Below, piece by piece: positions 12,337-25,074 of a DNA stretch of 64,000 nt (positions within the stretch are counted from its first letter, which is position 1; the number at the start of each line of letters is the position of its first letter). The position numbers were made by a program, and so were the translations under genes. The notes beneath the pieces are model-generated. The model saw nothing but the letters and a program-made list of their open reading frames with translations. It was not told the origin of the DNA and searched no databases. The stretch covers positions 42,036,001 to 42,100,000 of the forward strand of contig OX597816.1 of the NCBI GenBank assembly GCA_951406725.2, read 5' to 3'. This DNA comes from Octopus vulgaris. Taxonomy: Eukaryota.

Positions 12337-12540
12337 TATTGGGTAGTCCGGAATGTTCATATCGATTTTTAAAGGAAATTAAGTGACACATGACTTCTGA
12401 ATGTGGTTTTTTATGTCCTCCAAAGAATTAAAAAAATTTCCACTGAGATTATTTAGCAAGGACTTGAATAAATGAAATTTCGAAGGAGCAATATCTGGTG
12501 AATATGGCAGGTGGGCTAACATACCCCAGCCAAGCTGCGA
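12337..12540 (-). mobile_element. Mariner transposase 3' fragment with TIR remnant
   Basis: LGWGMLAHLPYSPDIAPSKFHLFKSL contains the mariner YSPDLAP motif. TIR-like tattgggtagtccggaa at 12337. Confidence 0.82.
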
Positions 12541-12558
12541 ATACATATATATATACAT

Positions 12559-12972
12559 AGGCGCAGGAGTGGGTGTGTGGTAAGCAGTTTGCTTACGAAC
12601 CACATGGTTCCGGGTTCAGTCCCACTGCGTGGCACCTTGGGCAAGTGTCTTCTACTATAGCCTCGGGCCGACCAAAGTCTTGTGAGTGGATTTGGTAGAC
12701 GAAAACTGAAAGAATTCCATCGTATGTATGTATATATATATATATATATATGTCTGAATATGTTTGTGTGTATGTGTTTTCCCCTCAACATCGCTTCACA
12801 GCCGATGCTGGTGGGTTTACGTCCCCGTAACTTAGCGGTTCGGCAAAAGAGTCCGATAGAATAAGTACTAGGCTTACAAAAAATAAGTCCTGGGGTCGAT
12901 TTGCTCGACTAAAAAGCTTTGCATAGCATGGCCGCAGTCAAATGACTGAAACAAGTAAAAGGGTAAAAGAGT
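12559..12972 (+). mobile_element. SINE family A, full length
   Basis: B box GGTTCAGTCC and the same body and tail as 11632-12079. Confidence 0.9.
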
Positions 12973-12986
12973 ATATATATATTCAC

Positions 12987-13035
<49 letters not shown>

Positions 13036-13040
13036 CATGC

Positions 13041-13073
<33 letters not shown>

Positions 13074-13239
13074 AACATATATATACATATAGGCATATAT
13101 AAATCTATATGCATATATATATATATATGCATATATATGTTCATGCATATATGCATACATATATATATATATATACGCGCACACGCATACACACACATAT
13201 ACATGCATATGGTACTAGATACTGTTTAAAATCATTCTT

Positions 13240-14340
13240 CCTCTATATTAGAGAATAAGTAGAATAGATATCTAGAGGATTGTTTCATTCTTTCTTTGGC
13301 ACGAAAGTATCGAGAGACTTAAAGAAATTCAAGCACTTGTGAATATGCTTGTCATAAACATTCAATTTACGATTGAATATAGTCACCAACAACTTCAATT
13401 CCTCGACATCCTCATTAAGAATTCCAAGAACAAAATAGAAAGAGACATCTACTATTAAACACACGGATTCCAAGCAATATCTGCCATTCATCTCTTGCCA
13501 CCCCAGACACACTAAAATGAATATCTCTTACAACCTGGCAATAAGGATTTATACTATTAGTACTATATAGTATCTGATGCAAGCACAAGGGATACACGAC
13601 TACATGAGATAAAGTTTACACTCATCAGAAGTAACCACCTCCTATCACTAATTGATATAGGCTTTCATGTGCCTCCACAACTGAACAACCACGAAATCAA
13701 ACACCACACACTAAAGAAGGATTTACAACCAAAACTCCTACCATCCACGCACAACCCCCTAAACGATGAGCCCTTCGACACCATCCTCCAGAACATCCTT
13801 TATGTAAAGGAACATAGAATGAGTCAAAACCTCCAAACGTTCACTATCATAACGAACAAAGGACAACCCAAATCAGAGAAAATTCTTCTAACAGATCGAA
13901 GAACACTCGTCAACAACATCGAAACCGACATTAAAAAAATGCGGAAGACCTAACTGTGGTATATATGTGGACCTAATTGAAGGATCGGGATTCTCCTTCA
14001 AACAGGGCCAACATTTTACAGTGAAAAACAACTCAGATGTGCTTCAGATAATCTAATATATGTCTTAACTTGCTCAGAGTGTATGGAGAACAATACATTG
14101 GTCAAATTAAAAACAGCCTACACCAGAGGATGACGTTACATAGATCCCAGATTAAAGTACGCGAATACAGAAAAATAGGATTAAGCGAGCACATCGATAT
14201 TTGCGCCACTAACGAACAACCAAAATTTATATTTGCCCCTCTATAAGTTCAAGGAGACTGCAATCTATAATCAGCGCATTAGCAAAGAAGCCTATTTTAT
14301 CGCAAAATATAAAACTATATTGAATGCCGCCACCACCTCA
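13240..14340 (+). mobile_element. Penelope-like element (Neptune-type) 3' part, RT C-terminus to GIY-YIG, pseudogenised
   Basis: Manual translation across frameshifts gives RYLEDCFI..IQFTIEYSHQQLQFLDILI..TDSKQYLPFISCHPRHTK (PLE RT), the Cys linker KKCGRPNCG, and NLIYVLTCSEC..QYIGQ..LHQRMTLHRSQI (GIY-YIG). Confidence 0.9.
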
Positions 14341-14633
14341 GATAAAACTACTACAAGAATTTAGAACAATTCCAACGACTACTGCTACGACTACAAAAGG
14401 GGTCACTTTTAGGTCATTTGACTATTAAAGAAGATTCCCCTAACAATTTAATGTTCTTTCTCCTTCTCCTTCTTCTTTTCCTACTCCCACTTCTCATAAT
14501 CTTCTCCTTCAACTTATTTTTCTTTTTCTTCTCCTTCTTCCCCATCCGGTGCTCTTGCTTAACAATCAATTCTCTGTACCGAAATTATTCCTTCAGCTTG
14601 ACTACTACCCAACTACGAGACATTCATAAAGAA

Positions 14634-14693
<60 letters not shown>

Positions 14694-14974
14694 TATCTGA
14701 AGACTATCGAAATATTTATCTATTTAAAGACTTTCGAAATATCTACAAAACATTTGACGACATTTTTTTTCTCGAATTCCATTGTCGTTCTTACTTTATT
14801 CATAGAGGAAAATGTCTAAAAGATGGAACCCAGTAGTAAAATGAACTTCGTGATAAAGTTATTTTAGCATTTTCTACTTTGTCTTATTTTCCTTATACAT
14901 AGCAACTCGTGTGTTACTTGTCTACCTTCTACATACATACATAAACACACACACATATTATATATTCAGATATG

Positions 14975-15134
<160 letters not shown>

Positions 15135-15942
15135 TCAATAAATGGTGGGGTTGTGTTGACCGCACGTGGAGAAATGATAAGTAAGGAAAAAGTTTTTAAG
15201 AAATGCAGAATGCTCAAATGAAAGAAAATTTTAATAAAATGAGAAAATGATAAAATATATAAATGTATATTTATTCAACCGGTTTTCGTCATTGTATGAC
15301 TTGTCAAGAATATTTATGTTTTAAGAAAGTTTTTTTAAAAATTAGAAAGGGGAAAAAAGAAAATTGCATTGTTTTTTGTAAAAGAATAATGATAAAAATG
15401 TACAAAAATTAAAAAATAAGTTCTCCGATACATTGTGAGTTCGTTGTGTATCTTGGTTTTATGGTTGTTTACGAAAAAATTACCTTGAGGTGTTAAGATC
15501 CAAAGGGATTAAGAGCATGTGTTGTGTTGTGTTGTTAAATTCAGCATGTTTGCAGGACAGGAAGTAGTAGTAATTGTGGTCCTGGTTCTTCAGTTCCTGT
15601 GTTGTGAGTAAGGGGAGACAACTCTTTTGAGTTCTTCAATAAAACCCAAATTATAAAACTATCATTTTAGCTTCATTTGCATTATCTTTTTTATATAATT
15701 GCTTGTTAACTTAACTTTCAGATTTTAACACTTTATTTAATTATTTTCTAATAATATAAATCTGCATAGACAATTGCATTTCAAATTGTCATATCATTTA
15801 TAATAAAAATGATAGTAATAACAACAATAGTAAAAATGATATTTAAAGAATATAAGTTTTAGCTTGAAGTGATGAATGCATGGTATCTTTATATATTTGT
15901 GTTAGTCCATCCATGAAAATGAGGTAGAGAAAGGAAGTTTGA

Positions 15943-16248
15943 TCAACAAGGAGTTTGCATATTAAGTTGTGTTTGGAATTTTTCAATAAAGAGATTCTCC
16001 TTGTTAATTCTCTCCTGTGTGGTGATCCCGTCTTTACATTGGTAGAAGGGGAATATATAGAATTTGGGGTTTAAGTCTTTAGCACATGAGTCTAAGTGGT
16101 CACTCAGTGGAATTTGTCGGTATTCCGGGAGATTTATTTGTTCTTTATGCACCGTTACTCGTTTACGTAACGGGAGACTCGTTTGTCCAACATAATTATG
16201 TTGGCAACCAGCGCATGTGAGAACGTAGATAAGGTTCTCGGAGGAACA
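15943..16248 (-). pseudogene. Mirror copy of the Penelope GIY-YIG domain
   Basis: Reverse complement of 16256-16561 with an identical translation. Confidence 0.9.
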
Positions 16249-16561
16249 CTTCTCCTGTTCCTCCGAGAACCTTATCTACGTTCTCACATGCGCTGGTTGC
16301 CAACATAATTATGTTGGACAAACGAGTCTCCCGTTACGTAAACGAGTAACGGTGCATAAAGAACAAATAAATCTCCCGGAATACCGACAAATTCCACTGA
16401 GTGACCACTTAGACTCATGTGCTAAAGACTTAAACCCCAAATTCTATATATTCCCCTTCTACCAATGTAAAGACGGGATCACCACACAGGAGAGAATTAA
16501 CAAGGAGAATCTCTTTATTGAAAAATTCCAAACACAACTTAATATGCAAACTCCTTGTTGA
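16244..16561 (+). pseudogene. Penelope GIY-YIG endonuclease domain (5'-truncated, frame open)
   Basis: EHFSCSSENLIYVLTCAGCQHNYVGQTSLPLRKRVTVHKEQI..SDHLDSC..ERINKENLFIEKFQTQLN. Confidence 0.9.
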
Positions 16562-17190
16562 TCAAACTTCCTTTCTCTACCTCATTTTCATGGATGGACT
16601 AACACAAATATATAAAGATACCATGCATTCATCACTTCAAGCTAAAACTTATATTCTTTAAATATCATTTTTACTATTGTTGTTATTACTATCATTTTTA
16701 TTATAAATGATATGACAATTTGAAATGCAATTGTCTATGCAGATTTATATTATTAGAAAATAATGTAAATAAAGTGTTAAAATCTGAAAGTTAAGTTAAC
16801 AAGCAATTATATAAAAAAGATAATGCAAATGAAGCTAAAATGATAGTTTTATAATTTGGGTTTTATTGAAGAACTCAAAAGAGTTGTCTCCCTTACTCAC
16901 AACACAGGAACTGAAGAACCAGGACCACAATTACTACTACTTCCTGTCCTGCAAACATGCTGAATTTAACAACACAACACAACACATGCTCTTAATCCCT
17001 TTGGATCTTAACACCTCAAGGTAATTTTTTGTAAACAACCATAAAACGCAAGATACACAACGAACTCACAATGTATCGGAGAACTTATTTTTTAAATTTG
17101 TACATTTTTTATCATTATTCTTTTACAAAAAACAATGCAATTTTCTTTTTTTCCCCTTTCTAATTTTTAAAAAACTTCTTAAAACATAAA

Positions 17191-17231
17191 TATTCTTGAC
17201 AAGTCATACAATGACGAAAACCGGTTGAATA
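17191..17231 (+). ncRNA. Minimal type I hammerhead-like motif with U3-A8 variant core (mirror copy at 15272-15312, minus)
   Basis: Stem I tattc/gaata, core TTGACAA, stem II gtcat-aca-atgac, GAAA, palindromic aaccggtt. Confidence 0.6.
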
Positions 17232-17320
17232 AATATACATTTATATATTTTATCATTTTCTCATTTTATTAAAATTTTCTTTCATTTGAGCATTCTGCAT
17301 TTTAAAAAAATTTTTCCCTA

Positions 17321-17376
<56 letters not shown>

Positions 17377-17446
17377 TATGTATGTACATATCTATCTCTA
17401 TATATGATTTTGTGTGCATATTTATTTATTCAGATATGCAATTATC

Positions 17447-17566
<120 letters not shown>

Positions 17567-18621
17567 TATATTTGTGTGGGTTTCTTTCTGTGTGCGTATG
17601 AATTTTGTATGTGCCTCTGTGTCTGTCTCTGTGGTTGTGCTTTCATGTGTATGTGTGCATGCGAGTGTGTGTTGTGTGTGTTCTTATTTTTAACAGAACG
17701 TATTTGCTAAAATGTGACGGATACGTTTTTGAGTAATAGCCTAAGGTAATAAACAGCGTTTTAAATGAGAAAGATCTATAAACAATTTAGTCAAGTATCT
17801 ATAGTTTTATGTGTATATAAAGTGGCAATATAAATTTTATCATTATTTTCCAGCTTGGAGAATGGAAAATTTCAATTTACAAACTAGTTTTCCTCTCTCT
17901 AACTTTTAATGAACACTGTTACTTGGGGGCATTTCCCACAATAATGAAAAAATTACTTGGCACGCAACCCTGAAACACCTTATATCTAGCGATATAATCT
18001 GGAAAGGTTAAGATTTATACATGGTAATAGATTTGTTGAGACAATCATTTTAATTTCGTTACATACTCGCTAAGAGTAAATGTACAATATAAACAAATAA
18101 ATACATTTCTACGTAAAACTCTATTTCACTATATATACAGTTCCTCTCCCATTTCACATTAACCCTATATTTTGTAGCTTGGAAAATTGATACAGCATCA
18201 AATAATTCAAGGAATTTGAGGGAATTTGGCGTAAACATATTGGAGTAGATAATTTAAGAATTACATGTCTATCATGTGTAAATAGCAAACATTTTTACTG
18301 TTAAAATAAGTGTTACTTGGAAAAACGATTTATTAGAAAATGAATACAAAGATGTGCTCTCCACTTTTTAAATAATTTTTGCACTGTCAGCTTCCTCTTA
18401 CATGTTTAACAATATCCTACGTATGTATAAAAGTTATGGAAGTACATTAACCCGTTTATATATATATATAGTGAGAGACGTTATAAGAAGTAATGATATC
18501 AATAAGACCCAAAGGGGTCAGGTAATGTTGAGTAAGTGATATGGATATACCATAGTTAAGCTCCAGGTTCTGTGATTATGCGAATAAGGAGTCCAGCGTA
18601 TGTCATATATCAGTATGTGTA

Positions 18622-19067
18622 TATATAAAAAAATTGTTTCAGAATGAGATAAAAAAACCTCAAGGCTGACAAGATTTAGAACATTTATAAATAGGCATTA
18701 TAGCTGTTTCTAAGATATATGTTATATCCATTCATCGGAGACGATATGAGAAAATGCTTAAGCAATAGTTAATTAAGATAAGATACGAAATAGAGAGTGA
18801 AGTGGAGGAAGTAAAATAGATGTGAGATATGTAGGTATATAATGAATCTACAAATACAATATCCCTGCATATCTCACATCTATTTTCATTCCTCCACCTC
18901 ACACTCTATTTCGTATAATACCCAAATTAACCATTGCTTAACCAACTTCTCACACCGTCTCCGATAAAGGGATATAATAAATACCCTGGAAACAGCCTTC
19001 AGACATTCTATTTATAAATATTCTAAATCTTCATAGGGTTGGGTTTTTTTTTATCTCATTCTGAAAA

Positions 19068-19078
<11 letters not shown>
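18622..19078. repeat. Diverged inverted repeat of a PLE-type terminal repeat with decayed hammerheads
   Basis: Arms ~18622-18836 and ~18863-19078. gtct-CCGATAA-aggg..ccctg-GAAA-cagcct-TC-agac at 18957-19004, and a CCGATGA..GAAA-cagct copy on minus at ~18695-18744. Ends at (TA)n. Confidence 0.75.
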
Positions 19079-19140
<62 letters not shown>

Positions 19141-19793
19141 TATATAAAATACAAAATGGGACAAGAAAGCAAAACATTCAGACTCTTAGGTGATACAAAG
19201 AAAACAAGGACGGGCCATTCGGAGTTTTCTTTCCTCAGACGAGTTCCAGATTATATTTGCTATATCGGCTGGTTATACTTGAGATTGCTCCAATCTGGCC
19301 TGCGCTAAGTAAAAACGAAGTTAAGAGCATGAGATTCCTTGGAAGAAAGCAGCGAATGTTCACGAAAACAAGATTGTTACACAAATACAAATAACAGAAC
19401 ATAGCAACAAGTTTCTTTCGACTAAAGATGAATTAAATTAAGCTAGCGTGCGTAGGAATAAAACCTTAGAGCAGGAATACAAGATTCCACAGTCATACGG
19501 AGGAATATAGATGTTGCAAGGACGACGGCCGAACCAAGTAAGAAATATTATACTTGGCCGAATACCGGCCACGTGGGGAGAGAGAGGTAGAGGAAGAGGA
19601 ACAAAAGAATTAAGGAGAGGCGAAAAAATGACAGAGACACAGTGAAATAAAAAGAGGAGGGAAGAGAGCAAGGAGAAAATGCCGGGAAATGTGAGAGAGG
19701 GGTGATGAAAGAACGAAGAGTGGAATGAACGAATAAATGGGAAAAGGCTGATAGAAAGAATAGAGACGTACAAGATTTAGATAAATATATACT

Positions 19794-19838
<45 letters not shown>

Positions 19839-19842
<4 letters not shown>

Positions 19843-20097
19843 ATAAATATTAGGGAATAAATCCAAATTTACAGGGAAAAAAATCAGATTTAGGATTAAA
19901 TCCAATTTTATAGTAAAATATTATAAAATATTATTAGAGACAAAACCACTATTTTGCAAAACAAACAAGGAAAGACTTAATCAATACATAAAATTTTAAT
20001 TTTTTTTTTGTCTATTTATTAAAATTTTATGTATTGATTAAGTCTTTCCTTGTTTGTTTTGCAAAATAGTGGTTTTGTCTCTAATAATATTTTATTT
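19839..20097. repeat. Short fold-back element between (TA)n tracts
   Basis: Arms 19923-20000 and 20018-20095. The same sequence family recurs inverted at 25066-25303. Confidence 0.88.
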
Positions 20098-20117
20098 ATA
20101 TATATATATATATATAT

Positions 20118-20156
<39 letters not shown>

Positions 20157-20162
20157 TATAAT

Positions 20163-20430
20163 AATAAATAAAACATATGCATATATACATACATATATGT
20201 ACGTACCTCCCTCTACATGTATATATACACGCATATATGGGTACAGGCACTAAATAAAACGTCGAAGATAATGAGAAACGAAAACATAAACACAAAACCA
20301 GGAACTGGACATTTTTCTTAAACAACAAAAAAAAAAGTTTTTTTGGTGTCCTGTACCCATATATGCGTGTGTATATACATGTAGAGGTAGGTACGTACAT
20401 ATATGTATATATGCATATGTTTTATTTATT
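20163..20430. repeat. Inverted repeat (~90-bp arms) next to (TAGA)n/(TA)n
   Basis: aataaataaaacatatgc..gggtacagg pairs with cctgtaccc..gcatatgttttatttatt. Confidence 0.82.
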
Positions 20431-20480
20431 ACTTTATTATATGACGGAAAGCACGCATCCATTTCTATATATATCTATAT

Positions 20481-20879
20481 AGGCGTAGGAGTGGCTATGT
20501 GGTAAGTAGCTTGCTTACCAACCACATGGTTCTGTGTTCATTCCCACTGCGTGGCACCTTTGGCAAGTGTCTTCTGCTATAGCTTAGGGCCGACCACCGC
20601 CTTGTGAGTGGATTTGAAAGAAACCCGTCGAATATATGCATATATAAATATATATATGTGTGTGTGTGTGTGTGTGTTTGTCTCTGTGTCCGTCCCCCAA
20701 AAGACTGCTTGACAACCAATGCTGGTGTATTTGCGTCCCCGTAACTTAGCGGTTCGGCAAAAGTACTAAGCTTACAAAGAATAAGTCCTGGGGCCGATTT
20801 GTTCGACTAAAGGCGGTGCTCCAGCATGGCCGCAGTTGAATGACTGAAACAAGTAAAACAGTAAATCAGTAAAACAGTA
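20481..20879 (+). mobile_element. SINE family A
   Basis: Head aggcgtaggagtggctatgtgg, internal microsatellite and conserved tail. Confidence 0.88.
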
Positions 20880-21014
20880 CGTATATATATAAGTTCCAGC
20901 CCAAATTGCAAAGATAATCTGGGACTCGACTGCGGAAAGAAAAATTCGAATGCCCCATCCTTTTTTTGTTTGTATCTTCTATCTGGATGATTTGTTGCCC
21001 CTTTTTGTATCTTC

Positions 21015-21310
21015 TTGGACAAGTCTCAGGCCGACCAAAGCGTGGATTTGTAGACGGAAACTGAAAGAAACAGCTCATGTATATGTATGTTTTGAATTTG
21101 TGTTTGTACCCTCACCGCCACTTGAGAACCCTGTTGGTGAGTTTAATTCCCCATATTTTAGTGTTTCGACAAAAGTGACCGATAGAACGAGTACCAGATT
21201 TAAGTATATGAGACTCGGGGTCGATTCGTTGTGACTAAAATCCCAGAAGGTGGTGCCTCTGCATGGTGACATTCAAATAAGTGAAACGGATAAAGGAGAA
21301 AAGATATAAG
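21015..21310 (+). mobile_element. SINE family A, headless and diverged
   Basis: ggccgaccaaagc..gtagacggaaactgaaagaa..ggggtcgattcgtt. Confidence 0.7.
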
Positions 21311-22048
21311 ATATTAAATAGTGACAAGTAACAACACGATAGATGACACCATAAGCCATCTGTTTTACATTCATAACTGCACGCGAAAGTAAGTAGCAGA
21401 ACATGACGGAATCAAATTTAAAATATACCATCCAAAATCTTACACAAATATTACATTTTCTATATAAGTCAGTTTGCCCTATTGCAACAAGAAAACCGTT
21501 ATGAAATATCACTTTTATAATAATGAAACACATAACCGTGTAAAATTAAAACAGTCCCGCTCATATCTGCAATAGAAATCAGATTGGGTTCGTTTTCATT
21601 TAAAGTTTCAAGTGCAACAGGAGATAGTTTTCAGAAACTAAGTTTCATGACACTAGCGAGGGGAAACTGAAGAAATGGTTACAGTAGTGCACAACCGAAG
21701 AGTCTCAAGCAGAGTGTAAAATTCTTTCGAAAGATAGTGTAAATGCATACCTGCTAATTAAAGGTATGTTGAATTTTGTCACTGTATAAAAAAGATTAAA
21801 GCTAATATGGGCAATTTAGACGAACTAAGTCGCAGGTAGCTATGAGGTACGAAGCTAGATTTCCAAACTGATGGTTCCGGATTCAACCCCACAGCGTGTC
21901 ACTTTGTGTAAGTGACTTCAAATATATATATATATATATATATATGCATGTATACTTATTTATGTGTGTATAGGTATATACACACATATATGTACCTCTC
22001 TCTTTATATATATGTACATATAAATGTATACATGTATCAGTGCATCTG

Positions 22049-22082
<34 letters not shown>

Positions 22083-23298
22083 GATAAATAGGTGTGTGTG
22101 GACACACAACTGTGAGTGTGTCTCGTATTTGTTTGTTAATACGTGATTAAATAGTGTGTATTTGTAAATTTATGTGTATGGCTGAAGTGTTTTATTTGCT
22201 TTGCGGATTCAATTAAATTCGATTTATCACTTACAACTCTCTCTCTTCTTCATCTGTCTGCGAAAATGCAATGTATTTTCGTCGAACCTAAATCAAAATC
22301 AGACAAGTCGTATTTTATTAATCAACTTTATAGACGTAATTTGTTGTAGCTAAGAATATGGTAGAAGACAACATTGGCAGTAATTGACATTAAAAGAAGT
22401 GATTAAGCCAGTACATTGCAAATGAAATATTTCTGTTGTTAAACAAATGATGTGAATCGGAAAAACAAAGGCAAAAAAAAATTATACAAAATATAACAAA
22501 AATGTAAGTGGGAAAAAAACAAAGTTGTTTGCAATTTGTCTCTTAAATATTGATCTTTATTTTATTTTTAAAAATTTATTTTGTCATTTCCTTCTATCTT
22601 ACTCTGTTCCTTTAATTCTTCTTGTTTTTATTTGTCCGAGTTGCTTTTCTTTGTATTTATCTTATCTAACATCTATTTATACTTATTTTATTCTTTACCA
22701 CATTTAATTGCTATTTGTTCCCTTTTTCTATTATCTTCTCACGTTTCCACATAGTTTTCTATAATTTTTTTTACTTTGGAGCGTAAAAAAGAAGTTGCTT
22801 TGCGTTATTTGTTCCGACTATCTATACTATGAGATCAAATCCCACCTAGCCCAACGTAATCTTTCTCCCATTCAAACTCGTTGGAATAATTTCCACTCAA
22901 AATTTATTACCTTGAAACATTAAGACGGTGAGCGGGTAGATTATTTACCGCCCCGTAGAAAATGCTTAACGATATATCTTCCGGCTTTACATTCGATAAA
23001 TTCCAGTTTAAAACTGGGGTGGACGTAGTCAACATCTCCTCTACGCAATTTTTGCTGACCTTTCAAACGAACGGACAATTAAACAGAGAACTAGAAAAGA
23101 AACTTTTTCTAACGCGTTAAATTATGTGCGCTGGTTAATAAGGTGATGTACTCGGGTTGCTTGAGGAGCAGTGAGTTGCTTGTGGATTTGACGAAGTTCT
23201 TGATTTCGTAATCTCTTTGAACTAATATAATTTGTTGATCAATAGATTTATGGAGTATTATTATCGCTGTATATCGTCGCCTAAAATAAAAGAGGAAA

Positions 23299-23703
23299 AG
23301 GCGGTGAGCTGGCAGAATCGTTAGCACGCCGGGCGAAATGCGTAGCCGTGCCGCTACGTTTTGAGTTCAAATTCCGCCGAGGTCGACTTTACCTTTCATC
23401 CTTTCGGGGTCGATTAAATAAGTACCAGTTACGCACTGGGGTCGATATAATCGACTTAATCCGTTTGTCTGTCCTTGTTCCTCCTCTCTGTGTTTAGCCG
23501 CTTATGGGTAGTAAAGAAGTAGCCGTATTTCGTCTGCCGTTACGTTCTGAGTTCAAATTCCGCCGAGGTCGACTTTGCCTTTCATCCTTTCGGGGTCAAT
23601 TAAATAAGAACCAGTTACGCACTGGCAGACATAATCGACTTAATCCATTTGTCTGTCCTTTTTCGTCCTCTCTGTGTGTAGCCCCTTGTAGGTAGCAAAG
23701 AAA
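23299..23703 (+). mobile_element. SINE family B with a tandem partial duplicate
   Basis: Head ggcggtgagctggcagaatcgttagc. The body gagttcaaattccgccgaggtcgacttt..cctttcggggtc occurs twice, at ~23363 and ~23549. Confidence 0.87.
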
Positions 23704-23799
23704 CAATTAAAGTGAAAGAAGCGCCCACCAGAAATGATAGCAGCAAAATTAAATATTGAAATGTTGCTGAGTCAATCACGAAGCCAAACGGTGTATTTC

Positions 23800-24040
23800 A
23801 TTTGATCAATGTTACAGCCTACTCACAAAATTAACGTACAAGTGATTGAATACTCCACAGTCACGTGTACCCTTCGCATACTTCTCATGGAGATGCAGTG
23901 TGACTTAGAATGTTCCAAGCCTGACCATTTTGAATTACTTGTACAGTTTATTTTGCCAACTGAGTAGACTGACGGAACGTGAAATGAAGCGTTCTGCTCA
24001 AGGACACAACATAGCACCGGCATTCGAACTCACACACCTT
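23800..24040 (-). mobile_element. Diverged SINE (H2-type body, tail T2)
   Basis: aacgtgaaat..gctcaag matches 30900-30926, and the tail matches the 3' half of 61087-61471. Confidence 0.65.
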
Positions 24041-24259
24041 CAACATTCTAATAATAATAATGAATTGAAATATAAGTCAAGAAGATAGATGAAACTTTTC
24101 TGAAGATGGAAGTTCATACAATATAAATACACCTAGAATAATTGTGTTAAAACCATTAATACGTGAATGAAAACCAGTATGAGCATCACTGACAACGCAG
24201 CACCAGTCTTCCATAACAAGTTCGTGATTGGCTCTGAGCCAGCTCAAAGAAAAGAATAT

Positions 24260-24600
24260 ACATATATAAATATATGTGGATCTGGCTGTCTGTATGTCTG
24301 AAATCGAAAGGCTATCCCACTGATGAAAACTGGCCTTCAGCGAATATTTGTTTGCTGGAAATATTTAGAAACGATGGTCTGGGAAATAGTTGAGATGGTA
24401 AACGTTTTTAATTTTCATTCCTTTCGAGAATTTATCCTTTTTTGTGGTTTTTGAGATTTCTACTGCTCTTTCTAGCACAACGCTTTCCTATTTGGAAGCC
24501 TCTTATTGTATTTCTATATAAATAATATATAGTCTAATGACTAATTCGTTTGTAACTGGTAATAATAATTTATTATTACCCTATGTATTATGTTTAAATA
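24260..24600 (+). mobile_element. Penelope terminal repeat (pLTR) fragment ending in (TA)n
   Basis: 24450-24595 matches 58357-58510, which lies upstream of the PLE coding remnant at 58.9-59.5 kb. Contains a hammerhead. Confidence 0.8.
24315..24384 (+). ncRNA. Type I hammerhead ribozyme motif, canonical core
   Basis: Stem I tccca/tggga, CTGATGA at 24320-24326, imperfect stem II, GAAA at 24368-24371, near-palindromic cgatgg, GTC cleavage triplet. Confidence 0.75.
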
Positions 24601-24986
24601 TATATATATATATATAGTCAATGAATTAATGAGGTGCTTGAATCTATTACACTTTACGGATTAGGGTTCACGATCCTTAACTCGTTATCCCCGATTTTTC
24701 CAGTAAACACACACACTTACGCCTGCACAAAGCGGTCTATATTTAGAACTAGGCATTGAGGTAATAATTGGGCCTCATAAAGTTCTATGAAATCTCAGAA
24801 AGCATAATAAGATGGGTTGATTTTTGTAAAATCATCGAAATTACATAATGAAGTATGCGCAGTATCCATCACGTGATGAAATAATCGGAACAACTTGTGA
24901 TAAGTTCGATTGCATACATTTCCATACATTAACACATGCATATATATATGTATGTGTGTGTTTGTTTGTATGCATACAAATATATG

Positions 24987-25065
<79 letters not shown>

Positions 25066-25074
<9 letters not shown>

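Larger units (their letters stand above)
15177..17325. repeat. ~2.15 kb inverted repeat of a Penelope 3' end (head-to-head, 7-nt spacer at 16249-16255)
   Basis: Centre reads ctcggaggaaca-cttctcc-tgttcctccgag. ORFs 15943..16152(-) and 16352..16561(+) are identical, and the arms match outward toward (TA)n on both sides. Confidence 0.95.

Noticed and set aside
16905-16968. Second hammerhead in the palindrome arm (CTGAAGA..caggac/gtcctg)
   Set aside because: The stem is followed by CAAA rather than GAAA and there is no stem I.
19205-19265. Hammerhead-like CTGAGGA..GAA on minus (related repeat at 20905-20965)
   Set aside because: It is a repeated sequence, but I could not build consistent stems I-III.
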